Shown: positions 10,866 through 20,199 of the stretch, piece by piece
Layout: each line of letters starts with the position of its first letter
How positions within the stretch are numbered: position 1 is the stretch's first letter
Assembly: GCA_003280445.1 (NCBI GenBank)
Contig: QCEW01000002.1
Location: 3,969-67,968 of the forward strand
DNA from: Prochlorococcus sp. AG-363-A03
Lineage (GTDB): Bacteria > Cyanobacteriota > Cyanobacteriia > PCC-6307 > Cyanobiaceae
DNA length: 64,000 nucleotides
Direction: 5' to 3'
Position numbers and translations under genes: made by a program
Notes under the pieces: generated by a model
Database searches by the model: none
What the model was told of the DNA's origin: nothing
What the model saw: the letters and a program-made list of their open reading frames with translations, nothing else

Positions 10866-12008
10866 ATGCCTTCCATCCCTAATCCTAGAACTCGTAAACT
10901 GAGAACTTGGGTTCCAGGAGAGAAATCTTCAGAATTGATTGGTGTAGATAAAAATCAAAACCAAATTACGTTAATTGACTTAGCGAGTAATGACTATCTA
11001 GACCTGGCAAGACATCCATTATTAATTAAGGCAGCAAGAGAAATCTTAGAAACTGATGGAATTGGATCTGGAGGATCAAGATTTATTACTGGTAGTAGAA
11101 CTATTCATCAAAGACTTGAAACGAAGCTTGCCCAATGGCTTGATCGTGAGATTGTACTAATTTACCCGAGTGGTTTCCAGGCTAATCTGGCTGCAGTTTT
11201 AGCACTTACAGATCGTCACACTCCTGTTATTTGTGATCGTCTGATACATCATTCGCTGCTCGTTGGAGTCAAGGCGAGTGGTGCAAAGCTCATTAGATTC
11301 AAGCACAACAATTTATCTGAACTAGAAAAACTTTTAAAAAAATCCAGACAAAGTAATTCTCAAAAACAACCTTTAGTAATTACTGAAAGCCTTTTTAGTA
11401 TGGAGGGTACAACAGCACCCATAAAAGAAATTTCAAAGCTATGCGTTAAGTATGATTCAAAGTTATTGATAGATGAAGCTCATGCTTTTGGCGTTATGGG
11501 TCCAGAGGGAAGAGGAGAATCTTTTGGACTCAAAGAACCAATATCAATTATCAGTGGGACCTTCGGTAAAGCATTTGGAAGTGGAGGAGCATTTCTAGCA
11601 ACAGACAAGATCACAGGAGAAAATTTAATACAAAACTGTGGGGCATTTCGCTATACAACTGCTTTAGCTCCTCCACTTTGTGCAAGTGCTTTAGCGGCGT
11701 TAAATCTAATTGAAAGCAACCCTAGTTGGGGTAGCGCACTTAAAGAGAAATCAATAGCTTTAAGAAATAGATTGTCTCAAATCGGGTGGCAACGGCCTCT
11801 TGGGGAAGGTCCAATAATCTCCATAATTCTAGGTTCGGACGAATTAGCCATGGATTATCAGGAAAGACTTGAAGCCGAAGGCCTTCTAACTGTCGCAATC
11901 CGTCCACCAACTGTCCCTGAAGGTAAATCTAGACTTAGATTGGTGATCAGGCGAAATACTCCCGTTCAGGCCTTCGAAAGACTTATCGAAGTTCTTAAAG
12001 ATACATGA
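10866..12008 (+). CDS. bioF: 8-amino-7-oxononanoate synthase
   Basis: ASNDYLDL, GSGGSR, ESLFSMEG, IDEAHAFG, GTFGKAFG, IRPPTVP. Confidence 0.95.
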   Translation: MPSIPNPRTRKLRTWVPGEKSSELIGVDKNQNQITLIDLASNDYLDLARHPLLIKAAREILETDGIGSGGSRFITGSRTIHQRLETKLAQWLDREIVLIYPSGFQANLAAVLALTDRHTPVICDRLIHHSLLVGVKASGAKLIRFKHNNLSELEKLLKKSRQSNSQKQPLVITESLFSMEGTTAPIKEISKLCVKYDSKLLIDEAHAFGVMGPEGRGESFGLKEPISIISGTFGKAFGSGGAFLATDKITGENLIQNCGAFRYTTALAPPLCASALAALNLIESNPSWGSALKEKSIALRNRLSQIGWQRPLGEGPIISIILGSDELAMDYQERLEAEGLLTVAIRPPTVPEGKSRLRLVIRRNTPVQAFERLIEVLKDT

Positions 12009-12733
12009 AAGAAATAATTTCTATGCATGGCTGGGCTGGTGATAGTCATCAATGGTCAGTGTGGGAAAAGATATTTAAAAGTTGTAATTGGGAATGGCAA
12101 ACTTCTGAACGTGGATATAAAGATATAAGTCCTCATACACCCACATGGAATGACAATTCAAATCAAGTCGAGGTAAAAAGAGTTGCTATATGTCACTCTC
12201 TTGGTTCGCATTTGATAGATAAAGAAGTTTTACACTCAGCTACTCATGTTGTATTAATCAACAGTTTTAGTCGTTTTATTCCAATCAACAAAGAGTATCG
12301 TCCTATAAAACTTGCCCTCAATAGAATGATGAATTCAATTAATACTCCTAATGAAGCAGCTATGTTAAGAAAATTTCATGTAAAAGCTCATAAACCTAAT
12401 TACATAGATGTCAAGTCATCCGAATCAAATCTCATTCACTTATCAGATTCAGGAAGGTTGAGATTAAAAAATGACTTAAAGCTTCTTATGAATTCTGATT
12501 CACTACCAATTGGCTTAAACAGTTCTGCTAAAGTACTCATTGTTAACAGTGAGCAAGACTATATTCTAGCTAATCAAACGAAAAAAAAGCTTGCTGAAGA
12601 TTTAAAAAACCACTTAGACACCGTACCCAAAACAATCAACCTTCAAGACGACGGGCATTTCATTACAAAAATTAAAAATTTCAAAAAAGTCAAATACTGG
12701 CTAGAATTTGATCATGCAAAAAACATGGTCTAA
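12005..12733 (+). CDS. bioK: Alpha/beta hydrolase, probable pimeloyl-ACP methyl ester esterase (BioK/BioH role)
   Basis: HGWAG and CHSLG nucleophile elbow, C-terminal GH; sits between bioF and bioC with overlapping stop/start. Confidence 0.75.
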   Translation: MKEIISMHGWAGDSHQWSVWEKIFKSCNWEWQTSERGYKDISPHTPTWNDNSNQVEVKRVAICHSLGSHLIDKEVLHSATHVVLINSFSRFIPINKEYRPIKLALNRMMNSINTPNEAAMLRKFHVKAHKPNYIDVKSSESNLIHLSDSGRLRLKNDLKLLMNSDSLPIGLNSSAKVLIVNSEQDYILANQTKKKLAEDLKNHLDTVPKTINLQDDGHFITKIKNFKKVKYWLEFDHAKNMV

Positions 12734-13469
12734 CCAAGTTAATCAAAACTTTAACGAAGCTGCATTAAGTTATAACGAATCAGCATCAATTCAAAAAAGT
12801 ACTGCTTTAAAACTTGCAAAAATATGTTCTCATTATTCAATCAAACATGGACTCTGGGTTGACCTTGGCTCTGGCACTGGACTACTTGCTAAATCATTAG
12901 AAGATCTAAATCCAAACCAAAATGTAGTGAGATTGGATAATTCTAAAAAAATGATTGATCAACATTCAGAAAAGTGTGTTAAACAACTTTGGGACTTAAA
13001 TAGAGGGTTACCTAAGTGGCCTAAAAAACCAAATTTATTAGCTTCAAGTTTTGTTTTACATTGGCTTGATAATCCACAAAAGAAACTTAAAGAATGGTTG
13101 AATTCTCTAAGTTTAGATGGATGGATTGCTTTAGCAGTCCCAATAAAGGGAAGTTTTCCAGAATGGTATGAAGCCGCAGAAAAGGCAAATTTAATATGTA
13201 CAGCTCTTGATTTACCATCCTACGACTCACTAATTAGAGTCGTTCCGAAACAAAGTCTTTTGTATAACAAAATTGAAGTTATTAAACAAACATCTAATAA
13301 GGCGACTTCTTTATTAAAACCAATGATCAAGGTCGGAGCACAAAGTAGTCAGAAGGAACAATTAAGTGTTTCAGATTGGCGACATCTATTATCTTTTTGG
13401 CCAATTTCCAACAAGGATAAACAAGTAAGTCTTAGTTGGTCAATTCAGTTTTTATTAATAAAGCGATGA
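12714..13469 (+). CDS. bioC: Malonyl-ACP O-methyltransferase (BioC-like SAM methyltransferase)
   Basis: FNEAALSY, DLGSGTG SAM motif, SSFVLHW; inside the bio operon. Confidence 0.8.
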   Translation: MQKTWSNQVNQNFNEAALSYNESASIQKSTALKLAKICSHYSIKHGLWVDLGSGTGLLAKSLEDLNPNQNVVRLDNSKKMIDQHSEKCVKQLWDLNRGLPKWPKKPNLLASSFVLHWLDNPQKKLKEWLNSLSLDGWIALAVPIKGSFPEWYEAAEKANLICTALDLPSYDSLIRVVPKQSLLYNKIEVIKQTSNKATSLLKPMIKVGAQSSQKEQLSVSDWRHLLSFWPISNKDKQVSLSWSIQFLLIKR

Positions 13470-14116
13470 GTGTATTCAAAAAAAGAATTATTATTTGTGG
13501 AACAGATACAGATGTAGGTAAAACTATAGTTAGTAGTTTTTTCGTACAAGGGCTTAAAGGTACCTACTGGAAACCCATTCAAAGTGGAACAGAAGAAGGT
13601 ACAGATACAAAAACAGTTTGCAATATCTTAAATCTTGAACCTGACCGCTATCTTTCTGAAAGATATAAATTCAAGGCTCCTGTCTCTCCACATTGGGCTG
13701 CTGAACAAGAGTCTGGTTTTATTGAACCAAGCAATTTAAAATTACCTGACTTAGATAAATTAATAATCATCGAGACTGCAGGTGGTTTAATGGTTCCTTT
13801 AAATCGGGATTGGCTACAAATAGATCAATTAAAGGCTTGGGGAGCTCCCATAATTCTTGTAGCAAGGACAGGTCTTGGCACTCTCAATCACACCTTATTA
13901 AGTCTAGAAGCCTTGAAGCATAGAAATTTAGATGTATTAGGAATAGTATTAAATGGCCCGCCCCACAAAGACAATCCGAAGACTCTAGAGCAATTTGGAG
14001 ATACTAAAATTCTTGCAACTCTTCCTATCTTTGACGAAGTCAACGCAAAAGTACTCTCACAAGAGTGGTATAAACAGCAACTAGATCAAAAGCTTAAAAA
14101 ATATATTCGAAATTAA
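13466..14116 (+). CDS. bioD: Dethiobiotin synthetase
   Basis: GTDTDVGKT, WKPIQSG, ETAGGLMVPL, GLGTLNHTLLS; ATGA overlap with bioC. Confidence 0.96.
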   Translation: MSVFKKRIIICGTDTDVGKTIVSSFFVQGLKGTYWKPIQSGTEEGTDTKTVCNILNLEPDRYLSERYKFKAPVSPHWAAEQESGFIEPSNLKLPDLDKLIIIETAGGLMVPLNRDWLQIDQLKAWGAPIILVARTGLGTLNHTLLSLEALKHRNLDVLGIVLNGPPHKDNPKTLEQFGDTKILATLPIFDEVNAKVLSQEWYKQQLDQKLKKYIRN

Positions 14117-14167
14117 AATTTTATTTTTTTCTTAATCAAAAGATTATTTTGACTCCAATCAAGTTAA

Positions 14168-15493
14168 ATGAAACAAGAAGGAAAACTAAATTTGATGAAT
14201 GAGAAAGAAAATTCAAATCAAACTATTCAGAATCCTCATATATGGCCACCATTCACACAACTTACATCCTCTAAGCCTCAATCATTAGTTGAAAAAGCCA
14301 AAGGTGCCCTTTTACTTCCTAAAGACAAAGCGCCAATAATCGATGGCATAAGTAGCTGGTGGGTCACTCTTCATGGTCATGCAAATGAATATATTGCTAA
14401 GGCAATCGCAAATCAAGCAGAGCAATTAGAACAAATTATTTTCGCAGATTTCACTCATCCACAAGCTGAGCTATTAGCTAATCGACTAAGTAAATTAACG
14501 GGTCTAGAAAAGTTATTCTTTTCAGATAATGGCTCTACGGCAGTAGAAGTAGCTTTGAAAATGGCTCGTCAATGGTGGAAAAACAAAGGTGACAATAGAT
14601 CTCAAATTATTGCATTCGAAGGTGCCTACCATGGAGATACTTTTGGAGCAATGGCAGTAGGCGAACGAAATATATTTAGCGAGCCTTTTGATCAAATGCT
14701 ATTTCCTGTTAGCAGAGTCCCTTGGCCTGATACATGGTGGGGCGATGAAGATTTTGAAAGACGAGAAAAGGAAGTTTTAGAAACTCTTGATCACCTCCTA
14801 AAAAAACCAACTATTGCGGTAATTCTTGAGCCATTAGTGCAAGGGGCGGGAGGGATGCGAATGGTTCGCTCAGAATTTTTAGTAGAAGTCGAAAAAAGAA
14901 TTCGCCAAGCTAATTCTTTACTTATTGCAGATGAAGTCTTAACTGGCTTTGGAAGGTGCGGAGAACTATTCGCTTTTCAAAGAGCAGGATTAAAGCCAGA
15001 CCTTATATCACTCTCAAAAGGGTTAACTGGTGGATTCCTTCCGATGGGAGTTACTATGTCCAGTAAAAGGATTTCTGAAGGTTTCCTTGGGGAAGATCCC
15101 AAGCAAACGTTCTGGCATGGTCATAGTTTCACAGCTAATCCCTTAGGCTGCGCAGCTGCCAATGCCAGCTTAGATCTTTTAGAAAGCTCCCCGCAAAAAT
15201 ATTTGGATTTCGAGTCACGTCATCTACCTCATCTACAAAAAATAGTTAATGACCCAAGAATTGAATGTCCAAGAATTACAGGAACTATTGCTGCTTTTAA
15301 CATTAAAGTGAAAGGTAAAAAAGGATATTTAAGTTCCGTTGGGAAAATCATGAAAGCAAGTGCATTGAGGGTTGGTGTCTTCATTAGGCCATTAGGAGAT
15401 GTAGTTTATTTAATGCCACCACTGTGTATCACAGATGAAGAACTAGAAAAATGCTATTTTGGAATTCAAGAGGGTTTAAATTCTCTATCCTAG
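14168..15493 (+). CDS. bioA: Adenosylmethionine-8-amino-7-oxononanoate aminotransferase
   Basis: HIWPPFTQ, DGISSWWVTLHGH, YHGDTFGAM, DEVLTGFGR, SKGLTGG, HGHSFTANP. Confidence 0.96.
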   Translation: MKQEGKLNLMNEKENSNQTIQNPHIWPPFTQLTSSKPQSLVEKAKGALLLPKDKAPIIDGISSWWVTLHGHANEYIAKAIANQAEQLEQIIFADFTHPQAELLANRLSKLTGLEKLFFSDNGSTAVEVALKMARQWWKNKGDNRSQIIAFEGAYHGDTFGAMAVGERNIFSEPFDQMLFPVSRVPWPDTWWGDEDFERREKEVLETLDHLLKKPTIAVILEPLVQGAGGMRMVRSEFLVEVEKRIRQANSLLIADEVLTGFGRCGELFAFQRAGLKPDLISLSKGLTGGFLPMGVTMSSKRISEGFLGEDPKQTFWHGHSFTANPLGCAAANASLDLLESSPQKYLDFESRHLPHLQKIVNDPRIECPRITGTIAAFNIKVKGKKGYLSSVGKIMKASALRVGVFIRPLGDVVYLMPPLCITDEELEKCYFGIQEGLNSLS

Positions 15494-15551
15494 AATTTTT
15501 TCTTACCAAGATTCTAAGCACTTAGCTATATAATTATTTCTGAAATTAAAC

Positions 15552-15992
15552 TTACATCAACCAACTGGGGGTAAAGTTCAAGTTTCCCCCTCTTAAAAAA
15601 GTAATTAACACTCCTAAAGCCAGGCTCAAGAAAATAGAGGTGCTTAACAGAAGAAGTGAAAACAGTTCTCCTCCTGATAATGGTCGCCTTACTCCTATCG
15701 ATTTAGAAAATTGTACAGGTTGTATACTCTTTAAATAAGGATCTTTGTTCTTACTTATAAGTTTATTCTCTTTTTCTATCAGTAAGTCATAGTCAGCCCT
15801 TAAGACAGGATCACTTAATAAATCATAAGCCTCACAAACATTTTGAAATTGCCTTGTCGCTTCATCACTTGGCAAAGATGTCGTATCCGGATGAAGTTGC
15901 TTACTTAATTGACGGAAAGCTTTTCTAAGCTCTGCGTTATTGGCAGAGGTAGAAACACCAAGCAGTTCGTAACAATTAGAAGAAGGTGTCAA
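15552..15992 (-). CDS. DnaJ (J-domain) protein with C-terminal membrane anchor
   Basis: CYELLGV...LHPD...EAYDLLSDP J-domain followed by a hydrophobic helix. Confidence 0.88.
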   Translation of the reverse strand: MTPSSNCYELLGVSTSANNAELRKAFRQLSKQLHPDTTSLPSDEATRQFQNVCEAYDLLSDPVLRADYDLLIEKENKLISKNKDPYLKSIQPVQFSKSIGVRRPLSGGELFSLLLLSTSIFLSLALGVLITFLRGGNLNFTPSWLM

Positions 15993-16071
15993 CTAAAAAA
16001 AAATATGATCTAATAATATATAGATTTTATATATATATCTCAGGACTGACTATTTCAAAAAACAATTCAAA

Positions 16072-16818
16072 ATGTCTACTGATAAAAACAACAAAAAATC
16101 AAATCATCTTACGATATGGAATGAGCTTCAATGGGTGCCAAGTAAAACACAATTAGCTCAATTTATCCATTTGCAAGAGTTACTGAGAGAATGGAATAAG
16201 AAGAGCAACCTTACTCGTTTAGTTGATGGAGATGATTTCTGGACTGCACAAGTATGTGACAGCTTGTTGCCACTGCATGAAGAACTTCAATACCCTGAAC
16301 TTTCTCATAAATACATCGATATTGGTTCTGGCTGTGGATTCCCTGGCATAGCCATAGCTATAGCAATGCCAAATTCAAATATTACTCTTTTAGATTCTTC
16401 TAATAAAAAAACAGCTTTTCTGAAAGAAGTTTCTAAAGAAATTGGATTAACTTCTCGCATAACAATCGTAACGGAACGAGCCGAGACAGCAGGAAGGGAT
16501 CCAATCCTTCGAAGTAATTTTGACTATGCCATTGCAAGAGCAGTTGCTTCTGCAAATGTAGTAGCAGAATATCTCGTGCCTTTTTTAAATTCGACAGGTG
16601 AAGCGCTCATATTTAAAGGAAGCTGGAGTGAAGCAGAGCAACAAATACTAAAAAAAGCTTTAACTGAATTAAACGCAGAGATTCAACAAACACATAAATT
16701 CGTACTCCCTAATAATCGTGGTATTAGGAATATTATTAGGATTAGTTCTATTAAAAAATGTCCTAATCAATATCCAAGATCAATTGGTAAACCCAAAAAA
16801 CAGCCTTTAGGTTACTAA
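16072..16818 (+). CDS. rsmG: 16S rRNA (guanine527-N7)-methyltransferase RsmG/GidB
   Basis: WNKKSNLTR, DIGSGCGFPG, ARAVA, YPRSIGKP. Confidence 0.95.
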   Translation: MSTDKNNKKSNHLTIWNELQWVPSKTQLAQFIHLQELLREWNKKSNLTRLVDGDDFWTAQVCDSLLPLHEELQYPELSHKYIDIGSGCGFPGIAIAIAMPNSNITLLDSSNKKTAFLKEVSKEIGLTSRITIVTERAETAGRDPILRSNFDYAIARAVASANVVAEYLVPFLNSTGEALIFKGSWSEAEQQILKKALTELNAEIQQTHKFVLPNNRGIRNIIRISSIKKCPNQYPRSIGKPKKQPLGY

Positions 16819-18041
16819 ATTCCCCATAATCTATCTCTTCTTTCTCCACCCAATCTGTCTTTCAATTTTCTAAGTATAAAAGGTATTTCAGAGTTCCACG
16901 GGCTATTAATCAAAACTTTTTTCAAGTCATCCTCGCTCACTTCACAATCCAAACAATCTGCGTTTGAGCCTGGGAACCAATGTCCTCCTCTACCTAAAAG
17001 ACCATAACGATCTTTAGCAAAGCTTTCCATATCCCAAGCCTCTAATAAATTATTTAGCCATAGTAAAATAGGTATATTAATCTCTCCTGGAGTTTGGTCC
17101 CAACTAGGTAATCCTATCTTCCAAGTAGTCAACCATGACTGTCCAAGCGATTTATATGAGGCATTAATTAATTGTTTGTCTATAGTATTAATTAAACCAT
17201 GCGTTATATCCATTTTAGAAATTGCACTTAAATGAATATTTAAATCTTCAGGCTTTGATGCTCCAACACTTAATGTATGAATTCTTTTATCCCTCAAACA
17301 AAACAGATCATTAAATTCTATTGGATGCAAAGGACTACATAAATCCAAAAGTTTCAATGACGGTGTATGTAAATGACCTCCCTTATCAGTGGGACTTATA
17401 ATGAAAACCCCCATATCATTAGCATGCGCTGCTTCTAAAGCTCTTTCATTTTCCTGACGTATAAAATACCAATGCAAATTAACATAATCAAAAAGTCCTG
17501 TTTCAATTGTTTTTATGATCAGGTCAACGTTTGCATGAGTTGAGAAACCAACATGACCAACAAGGCCATCTTTTTGCCATTGACGGACAATCTGTAGACA
17601 TCCATTTGGACGAATAGTCATATCTAAGTGCTCAGGAATGTTGATCCCATGAATAGCTAATAAATCAATTTTTTTAGAACCTAATCTACTCATGCTTAAC
17701 TCAAGTTCCTGCTCAAATATCGAAGGGTCATTATTTGGCGGGATTTTCGTTTGCAATATTCTTTTTGGGTCATCGATTTGACGGAGGGCCCAGCCTATCT
17801 GGAGCTCTGATGTTCCATAATGACGAGCAGTTTCTATATGATGCATACCTTTTTGAGACGCATGCTTAATAGTTTTTCTCAAGACGTCTTGTTGTTGATT
17901 ATCAATCTCTCTAGGATCTAAATCCTTCCAGCTTTGTTGAAAGCGCATCCCGCCAAGAGATAAGACTGGCATCTGAATCTCTGTTCGACCAAATCTTCTG
18001 ATGGGAATTGAAATGTTTTTACTATCTTTAATTCTTGACAC
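16815..18041 (-). CDS. Aldo/keto reductase family oxidoreductase
   Basis: RRFGRTEIQMPVLSLGGMR, HIETARHYGTSE, VGFSTH. Confidence 0.88.
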   Translation of the reverse strand: MSRIKDSKNISIPIRRFGRTEIQMPVLSLGGMRFQQSWKDLDPREIDNQQQDVLRKTIKHASQKGMHHIETARHYGTSELQIGWALRQIDDPKRILQTKIPPNNDPSIFEQELELSMSRLGSKKIDLLAIHGINIPEHLDMTIRPNGCLQIVRQWQKDGLVGHVGFSTHANVDLIIKTIETGLFDYVNLHWYFIRQENERALEAAHANDMGVFIISPTDKGGHLHTPSLKLLDLCSPLHPIEFNDLFCLRDKRIHTLSVGASKPEDLNIHLSAISKMDITHGLINTIDKQLINASYKSLGQSWLTTWKIGLPSWDQTPGEINIPILLWLNNLLEAWDMESFAKDRYGLLGRGGHWFPGSNADCLDCEVSEDDLKKVLINSPWNSEIPFILRKLKDRLGGERRDRLWGI

Positions 18042-18056
18042 TTCTATCTTGAAAAA

Positions 18057-18476
18057 TTAAGTAACAGGTGGTAGACCTAAATTCCTAAAATGATGATTTT
18101 TCAAAACTTCTTCCAATTTGATTAAGTCTTCAAAAGAAACCCAATCTATACAATCAACAGGGCAGGTATCTATAGCTTCTTGAATTAATTCATCACTATC
18201 TCCATCTTGTCTAAACGCTCTTGCTCTGCCTTGTTCAGGCTCCATTGCAAAAGTGTTAGTAGCAACTGAACTGCAGTATGTACAGCCAATGCATTTCCTT
18301 TCATCAACCCAAACGGCCTTTTCCCTTAACTTCCCCCCAAGGACTGGATCTCTACCACTAAGCTCGAAATCTTCATTATTAGCTGCTTCATATGCAACAT
18401 TTGGATCATAAATATCATTTGAGGGCTGATATTCAATAGACCTAGTTTCAAAAGCAGCTCTAGGATCAAAAGTCAA
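18057..18476 (-). CDS. Ferredoxin (3Fe-4S/4Fe-4S type)
   Basis: VDERKCIGCTYC ... AIDTCPVDCI. Confidence 0.9.
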   Translation of the reverse strand: MTFDPRAAFETRSIEYQPSNDIYDPNVAYEAANNEDFELSGRDPVLGGKLREKAVWVDERKCIGCTYCSSVATNTFAMEPEQGRARAFRQDGDSDELIQEAIDTCPVDCIDWVSFEDLIKLEEVLKNHHFRNLGLPPVT

Positions 18477-18491
18477 TTTTCAAAAACAATC

Positions 18492-18884
18492 TTAGGAATC
18501 CCAACGTGTAACTACTAGCTCTATTGATCCATCTAAATGTTGCTTTTGCTCAGACACTTGAAATCCTTCTTGAGAAGTTGAGTCGAGAACGGTGTTTAGA
18601 GCATACCGTTGAGTGACCTGAGCTAAAAACCTCTCAATTGGTATTGATTGTTTCCAGAGATCAAGATCAGTTACAAGTTCATATGATTTTGAGCCTTCAT
18701 TCCAACGAAATCCAATATCTGCTCCCTCACTCATCTCAACAGTCATTTGAGCTTTTACAGTTTGACCTCTATAACCTCTAACTAGATTTTCACCTTCGTT
18801 AGGAACATAGCCTAAATCTATTAGAGCCTGTTTAAGGAACTCCTTCTTACGAAGTTGAGTTTTAACTGTGCTGAAATGTGACAT
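18492..18884 (-). CDS. ycf35: Ycf35 / DUF1257 family protein
   Basis: MSHFSTVKT, DIGFRWN, YELVTDLDLW, QRYA motifs. Confidence 0.88.
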   Translation of the reverse strand: MSHFSTVKTQLRKKEFLKQALIDLGYVPNEGENLVRGYRGQTVKAQMTVEMSEGADIGFRWNEGSKSYELVTDLDLWKQSIPIERFLAQVTQRYALNTVLDSTSQEGFQVSEQKQHLDGSIELVVTRWDS

Positions 18885-19087
18885 CAGTGAATTTCTGCAG
18901 GAATAGTCTGTTTTTGAACGTTTTCACGTAGAAAGGTGTCAGAGGTTGGCTCTCTCCTTTCAACGGTGCCTAAGGCATCCTCAAGCTTCTCAGTCAAATC
19001 AATACATGCCTCACCAACAAGACCTTCTACGGTTTCTTCAACCCGTCCATCTTGTCGGATTTTAAAACGCAATGTACGTTGTGGCAT
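18884..19087 (-). CDS. DUF2997 family protein
   Basis: FKIRQDGRVEETVEG..GEACIDLT..LEDALG; usual neighbour of ycf35. Confidence 0.85.
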   Translation of the reverse strand: MPQRTLRFKIRQDGRVEETVEGLVGEACIDLTEKLEDALGTVERREPTSDTFLRENVQKQTIPAEIH

Positions 19088-19176
19088 AAATTGAAGCCCC
19101 TAAGTCACGCATGATATAGAAAAAAACTCTAGAAACGCGAATTATTAATTACAACGAATTGTTTTTGTACCAAAAA

Positions 19177-19986
19177 TTAAACCAATTGACCATCATCAAT
19201 TAATGATTTTAATTTTTTTTGTACCTCTGGATTATCCAATTGTTCCAAAGCAGTTCTGGCTTCATATCTGACAGAAGGCTCTCTATCGTTTAATAAAACA
19301 GAAATAAAAGTCTCTACTATTTGAATTTGGATTTCCGTACTCAAAAGTCCATAAAGGCGTCCGAGAGACCAAATACAGTTACTTCGAACTATTGGTTCAC
19401 CATCTACTTGCAAACTTTCAAGTAATTGATTCGCCGCTGGGGGGGAACTCTCTGTTGCATTTAATCCAACCTCTGCTAGAGAGCTCGATGCCCACAATCT
19501 CACGGCCGCTACATCTTGTTTCAAGGCATTAATCAGAGGTTCTAGAACTGGGGCATCAGGGTAATTTCCGAGACTCCATGCAGTAGCTTTTCGCACATAA
19601 GCGTTACTATCAAATCTCAATAAATGCAATAGAAGATCTATTGCTTTTGGACAAGGGTTTCTACCTAAAGCATAAACAGCACTCATCCTGACTACTGGAG
19701 AAGGCTCGTCAAGTAAAGGTAATAAGAATGGAAGAGCTCTAGGGTCTCTATGCTCGCAAAAGACTCTTAAGCCCTGAAGTCTCTCATTATTTCCGGATTG
19801 AAGCCATTTCAACGCAAGATCACATTCTTTTGATGAATTCCCTTGGGATCCATCAATTTTATCTAATTCAATTTCATCTAAAGGATCTCCTGCCAATTGA
19901 GCAGCTAATTCTCTAGCTAAAAGATCAGGGTCTATGGCCAAATTAGCCAAACCTTTTTCACTTAATTTTTGATTTTCATCATTCAT
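19177..19986 (-). CDS. HEAT-repeat (PBS lyase-like) protein
   Basis: Repeated VR-x-x-A-x-x-(A/S)-L-G units. Confidence 0.85.
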   Translation of the reverse strand: MNDENQKLSEKGLANLAIDPDLLARELAAQLAGDPLDEIELDKIDGSQGNSSKECDLALKWLQSGNNERLQGLRVFCEHRDPRALPFLLPLLDEPSPVVRMSAVYALGRNPCPKAIDLLLHLLRFDSNAYVRKATAWSLGNYPDAPVLEPLINALKQDVAAVRLWASSSLAEVGLNATESSPPAANQLLESLQVDGEPIVRSNCIWSLGRLYGLLSTEIQIQIVETFISVLLNDREPSVRYEARTALEQLDNPEVQKKLKSLIDDGQLV

Positions 19987-20009
19987 AGCTCTGACAAAAG
20001 AAGAGCAAA

Positions 20010-20135
20010 CTAATTAATTGGTGCTGGTGCAAGCATATCCCCAGGCAGCCATATACGAGCACTGACTGCGAACAAAGCGATACCAAAAAGCACCACAATC
20101 AAAATAGGGAAAAGAGTTGTCCTTAAGAAACCCAA
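20010..20135 (-). CDS. Small single-TM protein, 41 aa (not in ORF track)
   Basis: Read by hand from TTG: MGFLRTTLFPILIVVLFGIALFAVSARIWLPGDMLAPAPIN; fills the gap, same strand as both neighbours. Confidence 0.75.
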   Translation of the reverse strand: MGFLRTTLFPILIVVLFGIALFAVSARIWLPGDMLAPAPIN

Positions 20136-20199
20136 GGTTGCAAGTTAATTAAATTTCATTCTGCTCTAAATTTTGACCATTTGGCTATTAAGGGTCAAC

